A stretch of DNA of 64,000 nt, from the NCBI GenBank assembly GCA_947644695.1, contig CANSAJ010000001.1, positions 17,348-81,347 of the forward strand. Reading direction: 5' to 3'. The stretch is from an uncultured Bacillota bacterium (GTDB lineage: Bacteria; Bacillota_I; Bacilli_A; RF39; UBA660). Shown here piece by piece: positions 9,257 through 20,341 of the stretch (positions within the stretch are counted from its first letter, which is position 1; the number at the start of each line of letters is the position of its first letter). Under the pieces are notes generated by a model that saw only the letters and a program-made list of their open reading frames with translations, was not told the DNA's origin and ran no database searches. The position numbers were made by a program, and so were the translations under genes.

Positions 9257-10078
9257 TTAATTAATGTTAATGGTTCTTATTTTTTCATCTAGAAAGAAAT
9301 TTCCATTTTCAATTTTAAGTTTTTCATTAATTATTATATTAGTGCTCATAAGGTTTAAGTGTTCTAATAAATCTTTAAGATTAGAATTCTTTTTAGTTTT
9401 TATTACTTGTAAGTTTTGATTTGATTTTACTGTTAAATATATGTAATCTCTTGGTATTCTGTTTTTAAGTTTGTCATAAATATCAATTATATCATATAGA
9501 GAAACTACTGTTTCATTGTTATCACTTTGTGTGAATTCTATTTCTATATTTGGATAAGTTCCCAAATAGCTAAATAGTGTTTGATAGCTTATTATATCTC
9601 TTTTATCTAGTCTTATTTTTATATTTAAATTTTCATGTGTTTGGTCTATTATGTTAAGAGTTTCTAAAATATCAATTATTTTGTCTTTTAGTAAGTATTC
9701 ATCACCTATATCAAATTTATCATCATAAGATATTTTTAAAGTTAAATAATTCTTATAGCTATATTCTTTAGTTAAGTCTTTTATTATTTCTTTGTCTACT
9801 TCATATATGTCATTATTAGATATAGGTCTTTTTAGTACTTTGTCTTTGAAGTCGTTTTCTATAATTAGTACTTTTTTTGGTCCTTCTATTGAATTGATTT
9901 CGCTTAGTCCAAAGGCTTTTCCGGATACAGGGCTAAATACCCGTTTGTTTTCGTATTCAGTTAGATCGTCATTCTTATAAATCATTCCTGTTTCTCGTAA
10001 GTTTATTTTGTCTTTGTCGCTGTATGGGATATATATATAATCATTTGTTAAAAAACTGTTTAATTCTATTTCATTCAT
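9257..10078 (-). CDS. Hypothetical protein (273 aa)
   Basis: Long ORF 45 nt downstream of uvrC on the same strand. No recognisable motif. Confidence 0.4.
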   Translation of the reverse strand: MNEIELNSFLTNDYIYIPYSDKDKINLRETGMIYKNDDLTEYENKRVFSPVSGKAFGLSEINSIEGPKKVLIIENDFKDKVLKRPISNNDIYEVDKEIIKDLTKEYSYKNYLTLKISYDDKFDIGDEYLLKDKIIDILETLNIIDQTHENLNIKIRLDKRDIISYQTLFSYLGTYPNIEIEFTQSDNNETVVSLYDIIDIYDKLKNRIPRDYIYLTVKSNQNLQVIKTKKNSNLKDLLEHLNLMSTNIIINEKLKIENGNFFLDEKIRTININ

Positions 10079-10123
10079 ACTATCACTTCTTTATTATATC
10101 CTATTTTGTATCAAATTTAAATA

Positions 10124-11911
10124 CTATTCTTTGTTCTGTTTGTTATTATTCCAATTTTCTAGATATTCTTTTAGATTTATTGCTACGTTATGTGGAATTA
10201 TTTTTTCTAATTCTTCTATGTCAGCATCACTCATTTTTTTGACACTTCCATATGCTTTGATGAGTTCTTTTTTTCTTGTTTCACCTATTCCTTCTATTTC
10301 ATCTAAGATACTGGAAATGCTTCCTTTGCTTCTTATTTGTCTGTGGTAATTTATTGTAAATCTATGTACTTCATCACTAATTCTTGTAAGTAGATAGAAT
10401 ACATTGCTTTTTTTGTCTATTTTATAAGATATAAGTGTATCACCATCGATTAGTTCACTTAAGGAGTGTTTATCGTCTTTTGCAAGTCCACATACTTTAA
10501 TTTTTAAGTTTAGAGAGTCTAATACACTTTTACAGGCATTTATTTGGTTTATACCACCATCTACTAGAATTAAGTCTGGTATTCTTGTTTTGTTTAGCAA
10601 AGCTTTTTGGTATCTCCTATATATTACTTCCTTCATAGAGCCTACGTCGTCGTTTTGCTCTTTAGATATTTTAAATTTTCTGTAGTCTTTTTTTGAAGGT
10701 GATCCATCTATAAATGTTACCATTCCACTTACTGTGAAAGTGCCAAATAGATTAGAGTTATCAAATGATTCGATTACACTTAGGTTTTCTATTCCAATTA
10801 TTTTTCCTAGTTCTCTAGAGGCGTCAAAGCTTTTTTCGTTGTTTCTGTATTCCATTTCTATGTTGTTTTCTAAGTTTATTTTAGCATTAGTACCTGCTAG
10901 GTCAAATAAGTGTTTTTTCTTACCTTTGGTAGTAGTTGTAACTTTTGTGTCTATTACGCTGTTTAAAAGTTCTATGTCTAGTATGTTAGGTACTATTATT
11001 TCTTTTGGGGTGAGATTTTTTTTGCTGTAGAAGTTTACTATGTAGTATTCTAGTGTTTCTTTTATATCATCTATAAGTGGGAATATGTTTTTTTTGTTTC
11101 CTACTAATTTTCCATTTCTTAAAAAGAATGCGACTATACTTATGTATCCATTTTCATAATAATAATTAAATATATCTCTGTTGATACCATCATTTAATTC
11201 AACTTTTTGGCGTTCGAAAACTACCTTTATATAATCTAGTTCATTCTTTAGTTCTAATGCCACTTCAAAATTTAAGTTATCTGAGTTAATTTGAATCTTT
11301 TCTGTTATTTTGTTTATTAGTATTTCATCATGTCCATTTAATATAGATATTATATCATTTCTTAAATTAGTAGTATCTAAGTCTTTATGTATGCAGTATC
11401 CTAAACATTCCCCAATGTGGTAATATAAGCATTCTTTTTTTGGAGTTTTGTCACATTTTTTAAGAGGATATAGTCTGTTTATTAAGTTTACCAATCTTCT
11501 GGCAGCGTGAACATTTGGATAAGGTCCAAATAGCATTTTATTTTTTTTGTTTATGTTTATTTCTCTTTTTACTACTAAGCTTGGATATTTCTCATTTTTA
11601 AATTCTATGTATGGATAGCTTTTATCGTCTTTTAAAAGTATGTTATATTTTGGGTCATATTTCTTTATTAAGTTTATTTCTAATATAAAAGCTTCTAATT
11701 CACTTGAGGTTACTATGTATTCAAAATCAACTATTTCGCTTACTAGTTTTTTTGTTTTTCCTGTTACTCTTCCATTAAAGTAGCTTTTAAGTCTGTTTTT
11801 TAATATTTTAGCTTTTCCTACATAGATTACTATATTATCTTTATTTTTCATTAGATAACATCCTGGTAGACGTGGGACTAATGATAATTTTTCTTTAAAC
11901 ATAATTAACAC
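10124..11911 (-). CDS. uvrC: Excinuclease ABC subunit C
   Basis: N-terminal GIY-YIG (GCYLMKNKDNIVIYVGKAKILKNRLKSYF), UvrBC-interaction and RNase H-like endonuclease regions, and C-terminal HhH. 595 aa. Confidence 0.93.
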   Translation of the reverse strand: MLIMFKEKLSLVPRLPGCYLMKNKDNIVIYVGKAKILKNRLKSYFNGRVTGKTKKLVSEIVDFEYIVTSSELEAFILEINLIKKYDPKYNILLKDDKSYPYIEFKNEKYPSLVVKREININKKNKMLFGPYPNVHAARRLVNLINRLYPLKKCDKTPKKECLYYHIGECLGYCIHKDLDTTNLRNDIISILNGHDEILINKITEKIQINSDNLNFEVALELKNELDYIKVVFERQKVELNDGINRDIFNYYYENGYISIVAFFLRNGKLVGNKKNIFPLIDDIKETLEYYIVNFYSKKNLTPKEIIVPNILDIELLNSVIDTKVTTTTKGKKKHLFDLAGTNAKINLENNIEMEYRNNEKSFDASRELGKIIGIENLSVIESFDNSNLFGTFTVSGMVTFIDGSPSKKDYRKFKISKEQNDDVGSMKEVIYRRYQKALLNKTRIPDLILVDGGINQINACKSVLDSLNLKIKVCGLAKDDKHSLSELIDGDTLISYKIDKKSNVFYLLTRISDEVHRFTINYHRQIRSKGSISSILDEIEGIGETRKKELIKAYGSVKKMSDADIEELEKIIPHNVAINLKEYLENWNNNKQNKE

Positions 11912-11952
11912 CTACTTTTATTTTATCAAATTTTTAAATTTTAAAAAAGTCT

Positions 11953-12339
11953 TTAACCTTTTTTAGGTATAAGACTTCTTTTTGCTTCTTCTAAAATATT
12001 TTGTTCTAATATAATATCAATTAGACTGGAATCTAAGTTTCTTTCTATTAAAGTACTCAATTCTTGTCTATTAATGGAAGGTTTTATTTGATATTCTAAA
12101 TGAGTTTTATCCCCTTCAGTTTCTATTATATTTTTATATAGTTCTTCTAGTCTTTTTCTATCTTTTGGTCCTGCATTTATTAAAACTCTAAGATCATGAC
12201 TTTTAAATCTTCTTGCTAATAAGGCTTTATATGCTTTTAGTTCAGCTAAGGTGATTTTTTTTGTTTCATGATCTCTTAGTGAAAGATATAATGCACTTAG
12301 AACTAGGTGTTCATAATATAAAGTATATCTTTTTTTCAA
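11953..12339 (-). CDS. Hypothetical protein (128 aa) in the position normally occupied by truB downstream of rbfA
   Basis: ORF with slightly higher GC than its neighbours. No recognised motif. Confidence 0.35.
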   Translation of the reverse strand: MKKRYTLYYEHLVLSALYLSLRDHETKKITLAELKAYKALLARRFKSHDLRVLINAGPKDRKRLEELYKNIIETEGDKTHLEYQIKPSINRQELSTLIERNLDSSLIDIILEQNILEEAKRSLIPKKG

Positions 12340-12349
12340 GTTAATCTCC

Positions 12350-12691
12350 TTAATCTTCTTTGTTTATCTGCTCGATTATGTCTTCTATTTTTTTGCCATA
12401 TTCGATAGATTCATCATATACAAATTTTATTTCAGGTATATGTCTTATATCTAATCTGTTAGCAAGTTCTGTTCTAAAAAATGAGGATGCGTTGTTCATG
12501 TCTTTTATTACTTTATCTCTTTTGTTGTCGTCAAGTGTTGTGAAATAAACACGCGCGAAACTTAAGTCGTTAGTTACTGTTGCATATGTTATTGTGACGT
12601 GCTTTAAATCTTCATCTTTAACTTCAGTAAGTAATATTTTACTTATTTCTTTCATCATGTCAGATGCTACTCTTTCACCTTTTAGTTTCAT
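12350..12691 (-). CDS. rbfA: Ribosome-binding factor A
   Basis: 113 aa directly after infB with a 4-nt overlap. KH-like RbfA pattern (RVASDMMKEISKIL...). Confidence 0.8.
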   Translation of the reverse strand: MKLKGERVASDMMKEISKILLTEVKDEDLKHVTITYATVTNDLSFARVYFTTLDDNKRDKVIKDMNNASSFFRTELANRLDIRHIPEIKFVYDESIEYGKKIEDIIEQINKED

Positions 12692-14811
12692 ATGTGTTTC
12701 ACTTCTTTCATTTCATATGTTTGTATGATGTCTCCTATTTTTATGTCAATATAGTTTTCTATAGTTATTCCACAATCATACCCATGATTTACTTCTTTTA
12801 CACTGTCTTTTTCTCTTTGTAAGCTTCCAATTTTCCCTTCAAATATTACTATGCCATCTCTAACTAATCTCATGAGTGAGGCATTTTTAATCGTTCCAGT
12901 TGTTACATGACTTCCTGCGATGTTTCCAACTTTAGAAAATTTAAATATTTGTCTAACTTCAGCTTCGCCTGTTATAACTTCTTCATATTCAGGATCTAAC
13001 ATTCCTTTCATTGCGGCTTCTATTTCTTCTACAGCTTTGTAAATTATATTATATAGTCTTATATCTACATTGTAGTTTTTGGCAGTTTCTTTTGTTTTAT
13101 TATTAGGTATTACATTAAATCCTATTACAATAGCATTTGAAGCGCTGGCTAGGACGATATCACTTTCAGTTATTGCACCTACTCCACTTCTTATAACAGC
13201 TATCTTTACACCTTCTACATTTATTTTTTCTAGTGCATTTTTTACTGCTTCTTCACTACCTTTTACATCAGTTTTAAGTACTATGTTTATTTCTTTTTTA
13301 CCTTCTTTAACTCTTTCAAATAAGTCATCTAAGCTTACTGCTTTTTTGGCAAATTTCTTTTCTTTTTCATTTACAGTACGTTTTTCAGCAATAGCTCTGG
13401 CTTCTTTTTCGTTTTCGAAAGCCATGAATTTGTCTCCTGCGACTGGTACTTCATTAAGTCCTGTCACTTCTACTGGAGTACTTGGTATAGCTTCAATTAA
13501 GTCAATACTGTTAGAGTTTTTAAGTGTTCTTACTTTACCATAAGAAGTACCCACTACTATAGGATCTCCAATTCTAAGTGTACCGTTATTTATAAGTAGA
13601 GTTGCTACTGGTCCTTTTGCCTTGTCAAGTTTTGCTTCAATTACAGTACCTACTGCATATCTATTAGGGTTAGCTTTCAATTCTTGCATTTCAGCTAATG
13701 CTATGATGTTTTCAAGTAATAGTGATACATTTTCGCCAGTAAATGCGCTAAGGCGAACGTAAATTGTGTCTCCTCCCCATTCTTCTGGAGTTAAACCGTA
13801 TTCGCTCATTTCTGACATTATTTTGTCTATGTTTCCAGTTCCTTTATCAATTTTATTGATTGCAACTATGATAGGAACGTTAGCGCTTTTGGCATGATCT
13901 ATCGCTTCTTTAGTTTGAGGCATTACTCCGTCGTCGGCTGCCACGATTATAATAACTATATCAGTAACGCTTGCGCCTCTTGCTCTCATTTCAGTAAATG
14001 CAGCATGTCCTGGAGTATCAATGAATGTTATTAATGAGCCATTTATTTCTACTTGATAAGCTCCTATGTGTTGTGTTATTCCTCCAGCTTCACCACTAAC
14101 TACATGTGAATTTCTTATATAATCTAGAAGCGAAGTTTTTCCATGGTCTACGTGTCCCATTATTGTTACTATTGGTGCTCTTGGGATTAGATCTTTTTCT
14201 TCATCAATTATTTCATATTCTTCGAAATTACTTATGTCTACTTTTTCTTCATTCTTTAGTTCTTTTCCATATTCAAGAACGATTACTTCAGCGTCTTCAT
14301 ATGATATAGTTGAATTTATATTAATCATTAATCCCATCATGAATAGTTTTTTTACTAAGTCTTCATTTTTAACTTCAAGTGAAGATGCAAGATCTCTTAC
14401 TGTCATACCTTGTTTATATAATATAAAGCTTTTATCTTCTTCTTTATTGCTTTGAAGTTTTGTTTTATTTTTGTATATATTTTTCTTTTCTTTTTTGTAT
14501 TCTTCTGCTGTTTTGTTGTCTTTTTTCTTAAGTTTTACTTTTTTAGCACGTTCAATTGGGATATTGTTTCCGCCTAGTAATTCTTCAGCACGGTCTTCAA
14601 AAGAAAACTTACTTTCTAATTCTTCGCTTAATAAATTTTCGTCGTTATTTTCATCATTTTTTTCTGATTCTAAAGTATTGTCTAGAATTATGATGCTTTC
14701 ATCTTCTAAAATATCATTTTCATCTGATACTTTTATACCTAGGCTTTTACATTTTTCTATAAGAGTATTTACACTTATATTTTGTTCATCTGCATATTCT
14801 TTTATGGTCAT
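12688..14811 (-). CDS. infB: Translation initiation factor IF-2
   Basis: G domain [24 protein letters not shown] and NKIDK motifs, plus the C-terminal beta-barrel domains. 707 aa. Confidence 0.95.
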   Translation of the reverse strand: MTIKEYADEQNISVNTLIEKCKSLGIKVSDENDILEDESIIILDNTLESEKNDENNDENLLSEELESKFSFEDRAEELLGGNNIPIERAKKVKLKKKDNKTAEEYKKEKKNIYKNKTKLQSNKEEDKSFILYKQGMTVRDLASSLEVKNEDLVKKLFMMGLMININSTISYEDAEVIVLEYGKELKNEEKVDISNFEEYEIIDEEKDLIPRAPIVTIMGHVDHGKTSLLDYIRNSHVVSGEAGGITQHIGAYQVEINGSLITFIDTPGHAAFTEMRARGASVTDIVIIIVAADDGVMPQTKEAIDHAKSANVPIIVAINKIDKGTGNIDKIMSEMSEYGLTPEEWGGDTIYVRLSAFTGENVSLLLENIIALAEMQELKANPNRYAVGTVIEAKLDKAKGPVATLLINNGTLRIGDPIVVGTSYGKVRTLKNSNSIDLIEAIPSTPVEVTGLNEVPVAGDKFMAFENEKEARAIAEKRTVNEKEKKFAKKAVSLDDLFERVKEGKKEINIVLKTDVKGSEEAVKNALEKINVEGVKIAVIRSGVGAITESDIVLASASNAIVIGFNVIPNNKTKETAKNYNVDIRLYNIIYKAVEEIEAAMKGMLDPEYEEVITGEAEVRQIFKFSKVGNIAGSHVTTGTIKNASLMRLVRDGIVIFEGKIGSLQREKDSVKEVNHGYDCGITIENYIDIKIGDIIQTYEMKEVKHI

Positions 14812-14836
14812 ATATACGCTCCCTCTTTCTTTAGTG

Positions 14837-15142
14837 TTATTTTTTTAATTTTAATCTATGTTTATTCATATTTTGTTCTTCGTATTCATTTTTTGTCATG
14901 CCACAAATTTGATTATATATTTTTTCTATATCTATTTCTCTAGAAAATAATATGGTTCCATTAAAGTTGGTAAAATAACTATTTAATCCTTTTTTATGTA
15001 ATTTTTCTAGGAATGCTATTACATAGTCTAAGCTAGTACCTTCTTTAAATTCTACTTCATGTCCAGTTAATTTTATCCATTCAAGAATTCCATATTTATT
15101 TATAAATTGTTCTTTTCTCTTTTTGTAGCTTATAGGTTTCAT
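14837..15142 (-). CDS. Hypothetical protein (101 aa) occupying the ylxQ (L7Ae) slot but lacking L7Ae motifs
   Basis: Lies between ylxR and infB. The sequence does not match the L7Ae family. Confidence 0.35.
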   Translation of the reverse strand: MKPISYKKRKEQFINKYGILEWIKLTGHEVEFKEGTSLDYVIAFLEKLHKKGLNSYFTNFNGTILFSREIDIEKIYNQICGMTKNEYEEQNMNKHRLKLKK

Positions 15143-15151
15143 ACAACTCCT

Positions 15152-15412
15152 TTAATTAATTTTAGTTAATAATTTATCATATATTTCATCTGGTATTTTT
15201 ACTTCAAGATGACGTTCTAAGGCTTTTGATTTTCTGGCTTTTTCAATTACATCTGTATCTTTTTTTAAGTATGCGCCTCGTCCATTAGATTTCATAGTAT
15301 CGTCTATTATTATTTCTCCTTCAGGAGTTCTTACTATTCTGATTAGTTCTTTTTTTTCTAATTTTTCTTTTGATATTACACATGTACGCATAGGTATTTT
15401 TTTAGTTTTCAT
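15152..15412 (-). CDS. ylxR: YlxR/RnpM-family RNA-binding protein (DUF448)
   Basis: IPMRTCVISKEK... motif. 86 aa. Position directly after nusA. Confidence 0.75.
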   Translation of the reverse strand: MKTKKIPMRTCVISKEKLEKKELIRIVRTPEGEIIIDDTMKSNGRGAYLKKDTDVIEKARKSKALERHLEVKIPDEIYDKLLTKIN

Positions 15413-15420
15413 GAGTACTC

Positions 15421-16476
15421 CTATTTATTGATTTCTTCATTTATTTCGTTTAATGTTTTTATATTAAGTTTATATCTAGTTAGTTTACTTGCAAGTTTAA
15501 TATTTATTCCTTTTTTACCTATTGCTAAGCTTAAGTTTTCTTCATCAGTTATTACTAAAGCTTCTTTTTCTTTTTCATCCATTATACTTACATTTAAATT
15601 TTTTGCTGGATTAAGAGAGTTTGCAATAAATATTTCTGGATTTTCATCGTATAAAATTAAGTCTATTTTTTCACCATTTAGTACACTTATTATGTTAGCT
15701 ATTCTTCTACCTTTTTCTCCAATACAACTTCCAATTGCATCTACATTTGGATTAGTTGATGAAATAGCAACTTTACTTCTTACACCTGCTTCTCTAGCTA
15801 CTCCATGCATAAGTAAAAGTCCATCGGCAAATTCTGGTATTTCAAGTTCAAATAATCTTTTTACGAAACCATAGTGTTTTCTACTTAGTTTAATTGAAGG
15901 TCCCTTAGGAGTTTCTTCTACTTTAACTATGTATACTTTGATGCTATCTCCCATTTTTAAAGTTTCTCCTGGAATAAGTTCGTTTTTAGGTAGTATTCCT
16001 CTTGTTTTTCCTAGGTCTACATAATAGTTTTTGTTATCTTCCATAGCTAAGAAGCCTACCATCATTTCATCTTCTTTTTCTCTAAATTCATCCATGATGT
16101 TGTTTCTTTCTGCTTCTCTAATTTTTTGAAGTACAACTTGTTTTGCTACTGATATAGCTACACGTCCAAAGTCTTCTGGTTCAACTTCTGTTTCAAGTAC
16201 ATCTCCAATTGCAGCATCTTTCTTTATTTCTTGAGCTTCTTCTAATAATAATTCTGCATCTTCGTTTTCAAGTTCTTCAACAACTGTCATTCTTTTCCAA
16301 ATTCTTATCATACCATTTTCAGGATTTATTTCTGTACGAATATCAGCATCTTCTCTTGTGTGCTTTTTGTAAGCTGCGGCAAATGCATTTCCCATTGCTT
16401 CTGTTACAACTTCAGGATCTATTCCTTTTTCATTTACTATATAATCAAATGCTGTTTTGAATTCTTTGTTATTCAT
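15421..16476 (-). CDS. nusA: Transcription termination/antitermination factor NusA
   Basis: N-terminal domain, S1, and two KH domains (GxxG motifs). 351 aa. Canonical operon context. Confidence 0.93.
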   Translation of the reverse strand: MNNKEFKTAFDYIVNEKGIDPEVVTEAMGNAFAAAYKKHTREDADIRTEINPENGMIRIWKRMTVVEELENEDAELLLEEAQEIKKDAAIGDVLETEVEPEDFGRVAISVAKQVVLQKIREAERNNIMDEFREKEDEMMVGFLAMEDNKNYYVDLGKTRGILPKNELIPGETLKMGDSIKVYIVKVEETPKGPSIKLSRKHYGFVKRLFELEIPEFADGLLLMHGVAREAGVRSKVAISSTNPNVDAIGSCIGEKGRRIANIISVLNGEKIDLILYDENPEIFIANSLNPAKNLNVSIMDEKEKEALVITDEENLSLAIGKKGINIKLASKLTRYKLNIKTLNEINEEINK

Positions 16477-16771
16477 TTTCTGTTACTCCTTTACTGCATA
16501 CATCTAATACATATTCAGTGTCTAATTCACTTAAGTTTAAATTATCTATTATTGGGTTTATTATTTCTGCACTTTTTGCGCATAAGTTAGTGTCTACTTC
16601 GCTACTACTGTCTATTTTTATAAACAATGTAGTTACTCCATCTTCTTCTCCTAAAGTAATGTCGTAGATAGATACTCCAATTTCTTCAAGTGGTTCTTTT
16701 AATGCTTCTAATATTTTCTCTTTCATATGTTCCTCCTTTTCAAAAATAAACGAGTGGGTTTTGATTCCCAC
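16469..16771 (-). CDS. rimP: Ribosome maturation factor RimP (short form, N-terminal domain only)
   Basis: The 100-aa ORF matches the RimP N-domain (...YVLDVCSKGV ~ VSSPGLERPL). It overlaps the nusA start by 8 nt. The C-terminal Sm-like domain is absent. Confidence 0.65.
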   Translation of the reverse strand: MGIKTHSFIFEKEEHMKEKILEALKEPLEEIGVSIYDITLGEEDGVTTLFIKIDSSSEVDTNLCAKSAEIINPIIDNLNLSELDTEYVLDVCSKGVTENE

Positions 16772-16827
16772 TCCTTGTTATGTTTTAATTTTAACACATA
16801 AGTTTGGTTAACTCAAGTGTTAGTTTT

Positions 16828-17805
16828 TTATTTGTAATCTTTACTGTATTTTTCGTAAGCTTTCTTTAACTCAGTATCTTTAATTTCCATTTTAGCTTCT
16901 TCTCTCATTTTTATCATAGTTTTCTCATAAATGTTGTTATCTTCTTTTTCTTTTTCTTTAATGATACTGTTTTTTATTCTTGTTTCTAATGTTTTAAGTT
17001 CAGCTTTTTCATCATTTTTAATTCTATAAACTATATGATAACCATAGGCAGTTTTTACTAGTGATGATGAGTAGCTTTCATTTTTTAAGTTTTCTGCTTC
17101 TGTTTTGTAAGCACTTTCTAAATTAGAATCAAATTCTACTGGTACTTCTTCAGCTTTGATTATGCTACTGTATTCATTTTTTAAGTCGTCCCAAGATGTT
17201 CCATTTTTTAGTTTATTTAATATTTCTTCAGCTTTAGCTTTAGCATCTTCATCTTTCATTGTATTTGTTACTTCTACAAGAATGTGTTTAGTGTATATTG
17301 TTCCATAAACTTTATCATTGTAGAATGAATTAACTTCATCATCTGTGATTTTATTTGTTTGATATTCAGTATAATATTTATTTCTTCTGTAGTCTAATTG
17401 TAAATATGTTGCAAATTCTTCAAAAGTTTCAAATCCATTTCTTTCTAAGAATTGTTCTTCAGTCATTCCATATGCACTTTCATAATAACTTATATAACTT
17501 CTAGCAGATTCTTCGATTGATTTTAGGTCTTCATCATTTAACTCATATTTAGGTTCAAGTATTGTTTTGTCTATAAGTTCTAGCATACTATTAATTGCAT
17601 ATTTTTCTTTTAAATCTGTATAGAGCTTGTCTGCTGTTAAATTAGCATCTTTAAATTTAATTGCAACTTGTTCTCCATTTTTGAGTTCAGCTATTCTGTC
17701 TGGGTAAAATATAATCATTGTTAGTAGACCTATTGCAAGCCCGACTATAAATATTATTATTTGTTCTTTCTCAATATTTTTTATCTTTTCTTTTATGTCA
17801 TTCAT
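16828..17805 (-). CDS. prsA: PrsA-like foldase / parvulin-type peptidyl-prolyl isomerase, membrane-anchored
   Basis: N-terminal TM anchor. Parvulin signature (HILV..., GYHIVYRI). The likely true start is the internal Met (MNDIKEK), which is preceded by GGAGG 8 nt upstream. The supplied ORF starts 51 nt further upstream. Confidence 0.7.
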   Translation of the reverse strand: MNDIKEKIKNIEKEQIIIFIVGLAIGLLTMIIFYPDRIAELKNGEQVAIKFKDANLTADKLYTDLKEKYAINSMLELIDKTILEPKYELNDEDLKSIEESARSYISYYESAYGMTEEQFLERNGFETFEEFATYLQLDYRRNKYYTEYQTNKITDDEVNSFYNDKVYGTIYTKHILVEVTNTMKDEDAKAKAEEILNKLKNGTSWDDLKNEYSSIIKAEEVPVEFDSNLESAYKTEAENLKNESYSSSLVKTAYGYHIVYRIKNDEKAELKTLETRIKNSIIKEKEKEDNNIYEKTMIKMREEAKMEIKDTELKKAYEKYSKDYK

Positions 17806-17885
17806 AATATATCCTCCAAAGGTAATTTTACTATTATTTTTGTTTAAATACAACAAAGTAATGATATTTCACTATTTTTTCATAT

Positions 17886-18488
17886 TTATTTTGTAGGTAA
17901 AGCTTCTTCTACTGGTTTAAATGTTTTTCTGTGATATTTGCATGGTCCATATTTTTTTAAAGCTTCTATATGTTTTCTTGTTCCATATCCTTTATTATTA
18001 ATTAAGTCATACATAGGATATTCTTTATCCATATCTTTTAATATTCTGTCTCTTGTTACTTTAGCTATTATTGAAGCTGCTGCGATGGATTCGCTTAGGG
18101 CATCTCCTTTTATTATTGAAGTAGAAGGAATTTCTAAATCTAGTTTCATAGCATCAATTAGAACGTGTTCTGGTTTTATTTTTAAATTAGAAACAGCTTC
18201 TTTCATTGCTAATTTAGTGGCTTCATAGATGTTTACTTCATCTATAGTTTTTTCATCTATTATACCTACTCCAATGCTTAGTGCATTTTCATTTATTATA
18301 TCGTAGAGCATTTCTCTTTTCTTTTCTGAAAGTTTTTTAGAGTCTTTTATGTCTTTATGAAAATAATTAATAGGTAATATAACTGCAGCTGCGACGACGG
18401 GTCCGATTAAAGGACCTCTTCCTGCTTCGTCTATTCCACATATAAGTTTTATTCCTTCATTATAAAGTGCTGTTTCATATTCTAACAT
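17886..18488 (-). CDS. rnhB: Ribonuclease HII
   Basis: N-terminal DEAGRGPL(I)GP active-site motif. 200 aa. Confidence 0.9.
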   Translation of the reverse strand: MLEYETALYNEGIKLICGIDEAGRGPLIGPVVAAAVILPINYFHKDIKDSKKLSEKKREMLYDIINENALSIGVGIIDEKTIDEVNIYEATKLAMKEAVSNLKIKPEHVLIDAMKLDLEIPSTSIIKGDALSESIAAASIIAKVTRDRILKDMDKEYPMYDLINNKGYGTRKHIEALKKYGPCKYHRKTFKPVEEALPTK

Positions 18489-20341
18489 TATTTTGCCTTC
18501 CTTATTTCATTTTTTATTTTTTTGTATATGCTATTAGTGTCTAGTTCAAGTTCTTTTAATAGTTCTTCTCTTTTTCCTTGCAATACAAATGTATCTGGTA
18601 TTCCAAATATTGTTATATTTTTGTTTGTTATAGTTTTTAAATAACTACCTAATGAGCCTACTTTCATACTTTCTTCATAGACAAATATAGGTTTATTTTT
18701 TTTGATTATTTTATTAAAGTATTCTGTATCTATTGGTTTTAAAAATCTTGCATTTACTAATTCGATATTTATTTTATCTTTTTTAAGCTTTTTAATTATT
18801 TCTTTACTTTCTTCTACAAAGTCTCCATAAGTGATTAGAGTTCCATCAGAACCTTCTGTTATTTGTTCCCAAGTGCCTATTTTTATTTCGGTTGGTTTGG
18901 TTTTTTTGTAATCTATTTTATTTTTAGAATAGCGAATACAGAATGGTGACTTTGTGTTTATAGCTGTTTTTATTAAATTTGTGCATTCAATGCTATCTTT
19001 TGGAGAAGCGATTATAATGTTTGGTATAGGTAGTAAAAATGTAAGATCAAATATTCCTTGATGTGTTTCTCCATCAGCACCTACTATTCCACATCTATCA
19101 ATTCCTATAATAACATGTGAGTTCATTCTGGCTATGTCATGTAATACTTCGTCGTAACCTCTTTGTAAAAAACTAGAATATATAGATACAAAAGGGATTT
19201 TATTTTCTAAAGATAATGCATTTGCTAAGATTAATGCGTGTTCTTCGGCGATACCAACATCTATGAAATTATTTGGAAACATTTGCTTAAATTTGGTAAG
19301 TTTGCTTCCATTTTCCATAGCTGGAGTTATAGCAACTATGTCTTTGTTCATTAATCTTATAATAGAGTCACTTACTATTTCGCTCCAGGAAGTTTTATCT
19401 GGATTGTTATTTATGATTGTTCCAGAATCTTTATCAAATGGTCCTACTCCATGCCATTTACCTTGTCTATCATTTTCTGCAAATGGATAGCCTTTTCCTT
19501 TTTCTGTGATTACATGAATTATTACTGGTGCATTAGATTTTTTTGCAGCATTAAGATAAAGTTCTAGTTCATCAAAATCATGTCCGTTTATTGGGCCATA
19601 ATAATTGAGTCCTAGTTCTTCAAATATTAATCCTTCTTTTAAGTAGATTTTTTTGAAGTTATTTTTTAGATTTTTTATACCTTTATATAATGGCTTACCT
19701 AAAATTGGTATGTGAGACATTAATTCTTTTGTTTTGGTTTTTACGTTTCTGTAGTCTTTAGCACTTCTTATTTTATCTAAGTGGTTGTGTAGTGCACCTA
19801 CATTTTTAGATATACTCATGTTGTTATCATTTAATATAATTATTAATTTTGTTTTTGTTTCACCTATATGATTTAGTGCTTCATAACAAATGCCATTACT
19901 TATGGAACCATCTCCAATTATTGCGATTACATGATTTTTTTCTTTATTCATGTCTCTTCCTATAGCAAGTCCTAAAGCTGCGCTTAAGCTAGTTGAAGAA
20001 TGTCCAGCTTCATAAGGGTCGTGTTTACTTTCGCTTATTTTTTGAAAACCAGATAGGCCTTTGTATTGTCTTAATGTGTCAAACATTGGTGCTCGTCCAG
20101 TCAATATTTTGTGAACATAACTTTGATGTGAAACGTCAAAAATGATTTTGTCTTTAGGTGAATTAAATACTTTATGTATGGCTATTGTTAATTCAACTAT
20201 TCCTAAGTTGCTGGATAGATGGCCTCCTGTTTTAGATATGCTTGTTATTAAAAATTTTCTTATATCTGTACTTAAGTCTTGTAATTCTTTTTTTGATAAT
20301 TTTTTTAAAAATTTAGGATCTTTTATTTCATTAATATTCAT
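18488..20341 (-). CDS. dxs: 1-deoxy-D-xylulose-5-phosphate synthase
   Basis: 617 aa. TPP-binding GDG(S/A)...N motif (IIGDGSISNG), transketolase-like pyrimidine-binding and C-terminal domains. Confidence 0.93.
   Translation of the reverse strand: MNINEIKDPKFLKKLSKKELQDLSTDIRKFLITSISKTGGHLSSNLGIVELTIAIHKVFNSPKDKIIFDVSHQSYVHKILTGRAPMFDTLRQYKGLSGFQKISESKHDPYEAGHSSTSLSAALGLAIGRDMNKEKNHVIAIIGDGSISNGICYEALNHIGETKTKLIIILNDNNMSISKNVGALHNHLDKIRSAKDYRNVKTKTKELMSHIPILGKPLYKGIKNLKNNFKKIYLKEGLIFEELGLNYYGPINGHDFDELELYLNAAKKSNAPVIIHVITEKGKGYPFAENDRQGKWHGVGPFDKDSGTIINNNPDKTSWSEIVSDSIIRLMNKDIVAITPAMENGSKLTKFKQMFPNNFIDVGIAEEHALILANALSLENKIPFVSIYSSFLQRGYDEVLHDIARMNSHVIIGIDRCGIVGADGETHQGIFDLTFLLPIPNIIIASPKDSIECTNLIKTAINTKSPFCIRYSKNKIDYKKTKPTEIKIGTWEQITEGSDGTLITYGDFVEESKEIIKKLKKDKINIELVNARFLKPIDTEYFNKIIKKNKPIFVYEESMKVGSLGSYLKTITNKNITIFGIPDTFVLQGKREELLKELELDTNSIYKKIKNEIRKAK

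Noticed and set aside
13079-13543. Many plus-strand ORFs of 60-200 aa (e.g. 13079..13543, 5712..6113, 22217..23035, 52117..52734, 57364..57897) rich in Ser/Phe/Leu/Ile
   Set aside because: They are antisense shadow ORFs inside large, well-supported minus-strand genes (infB, lon, smc, polC, SNF2). Their composition reflects the reverse complement of Lys/Glu/Asn-rich coding sequence.
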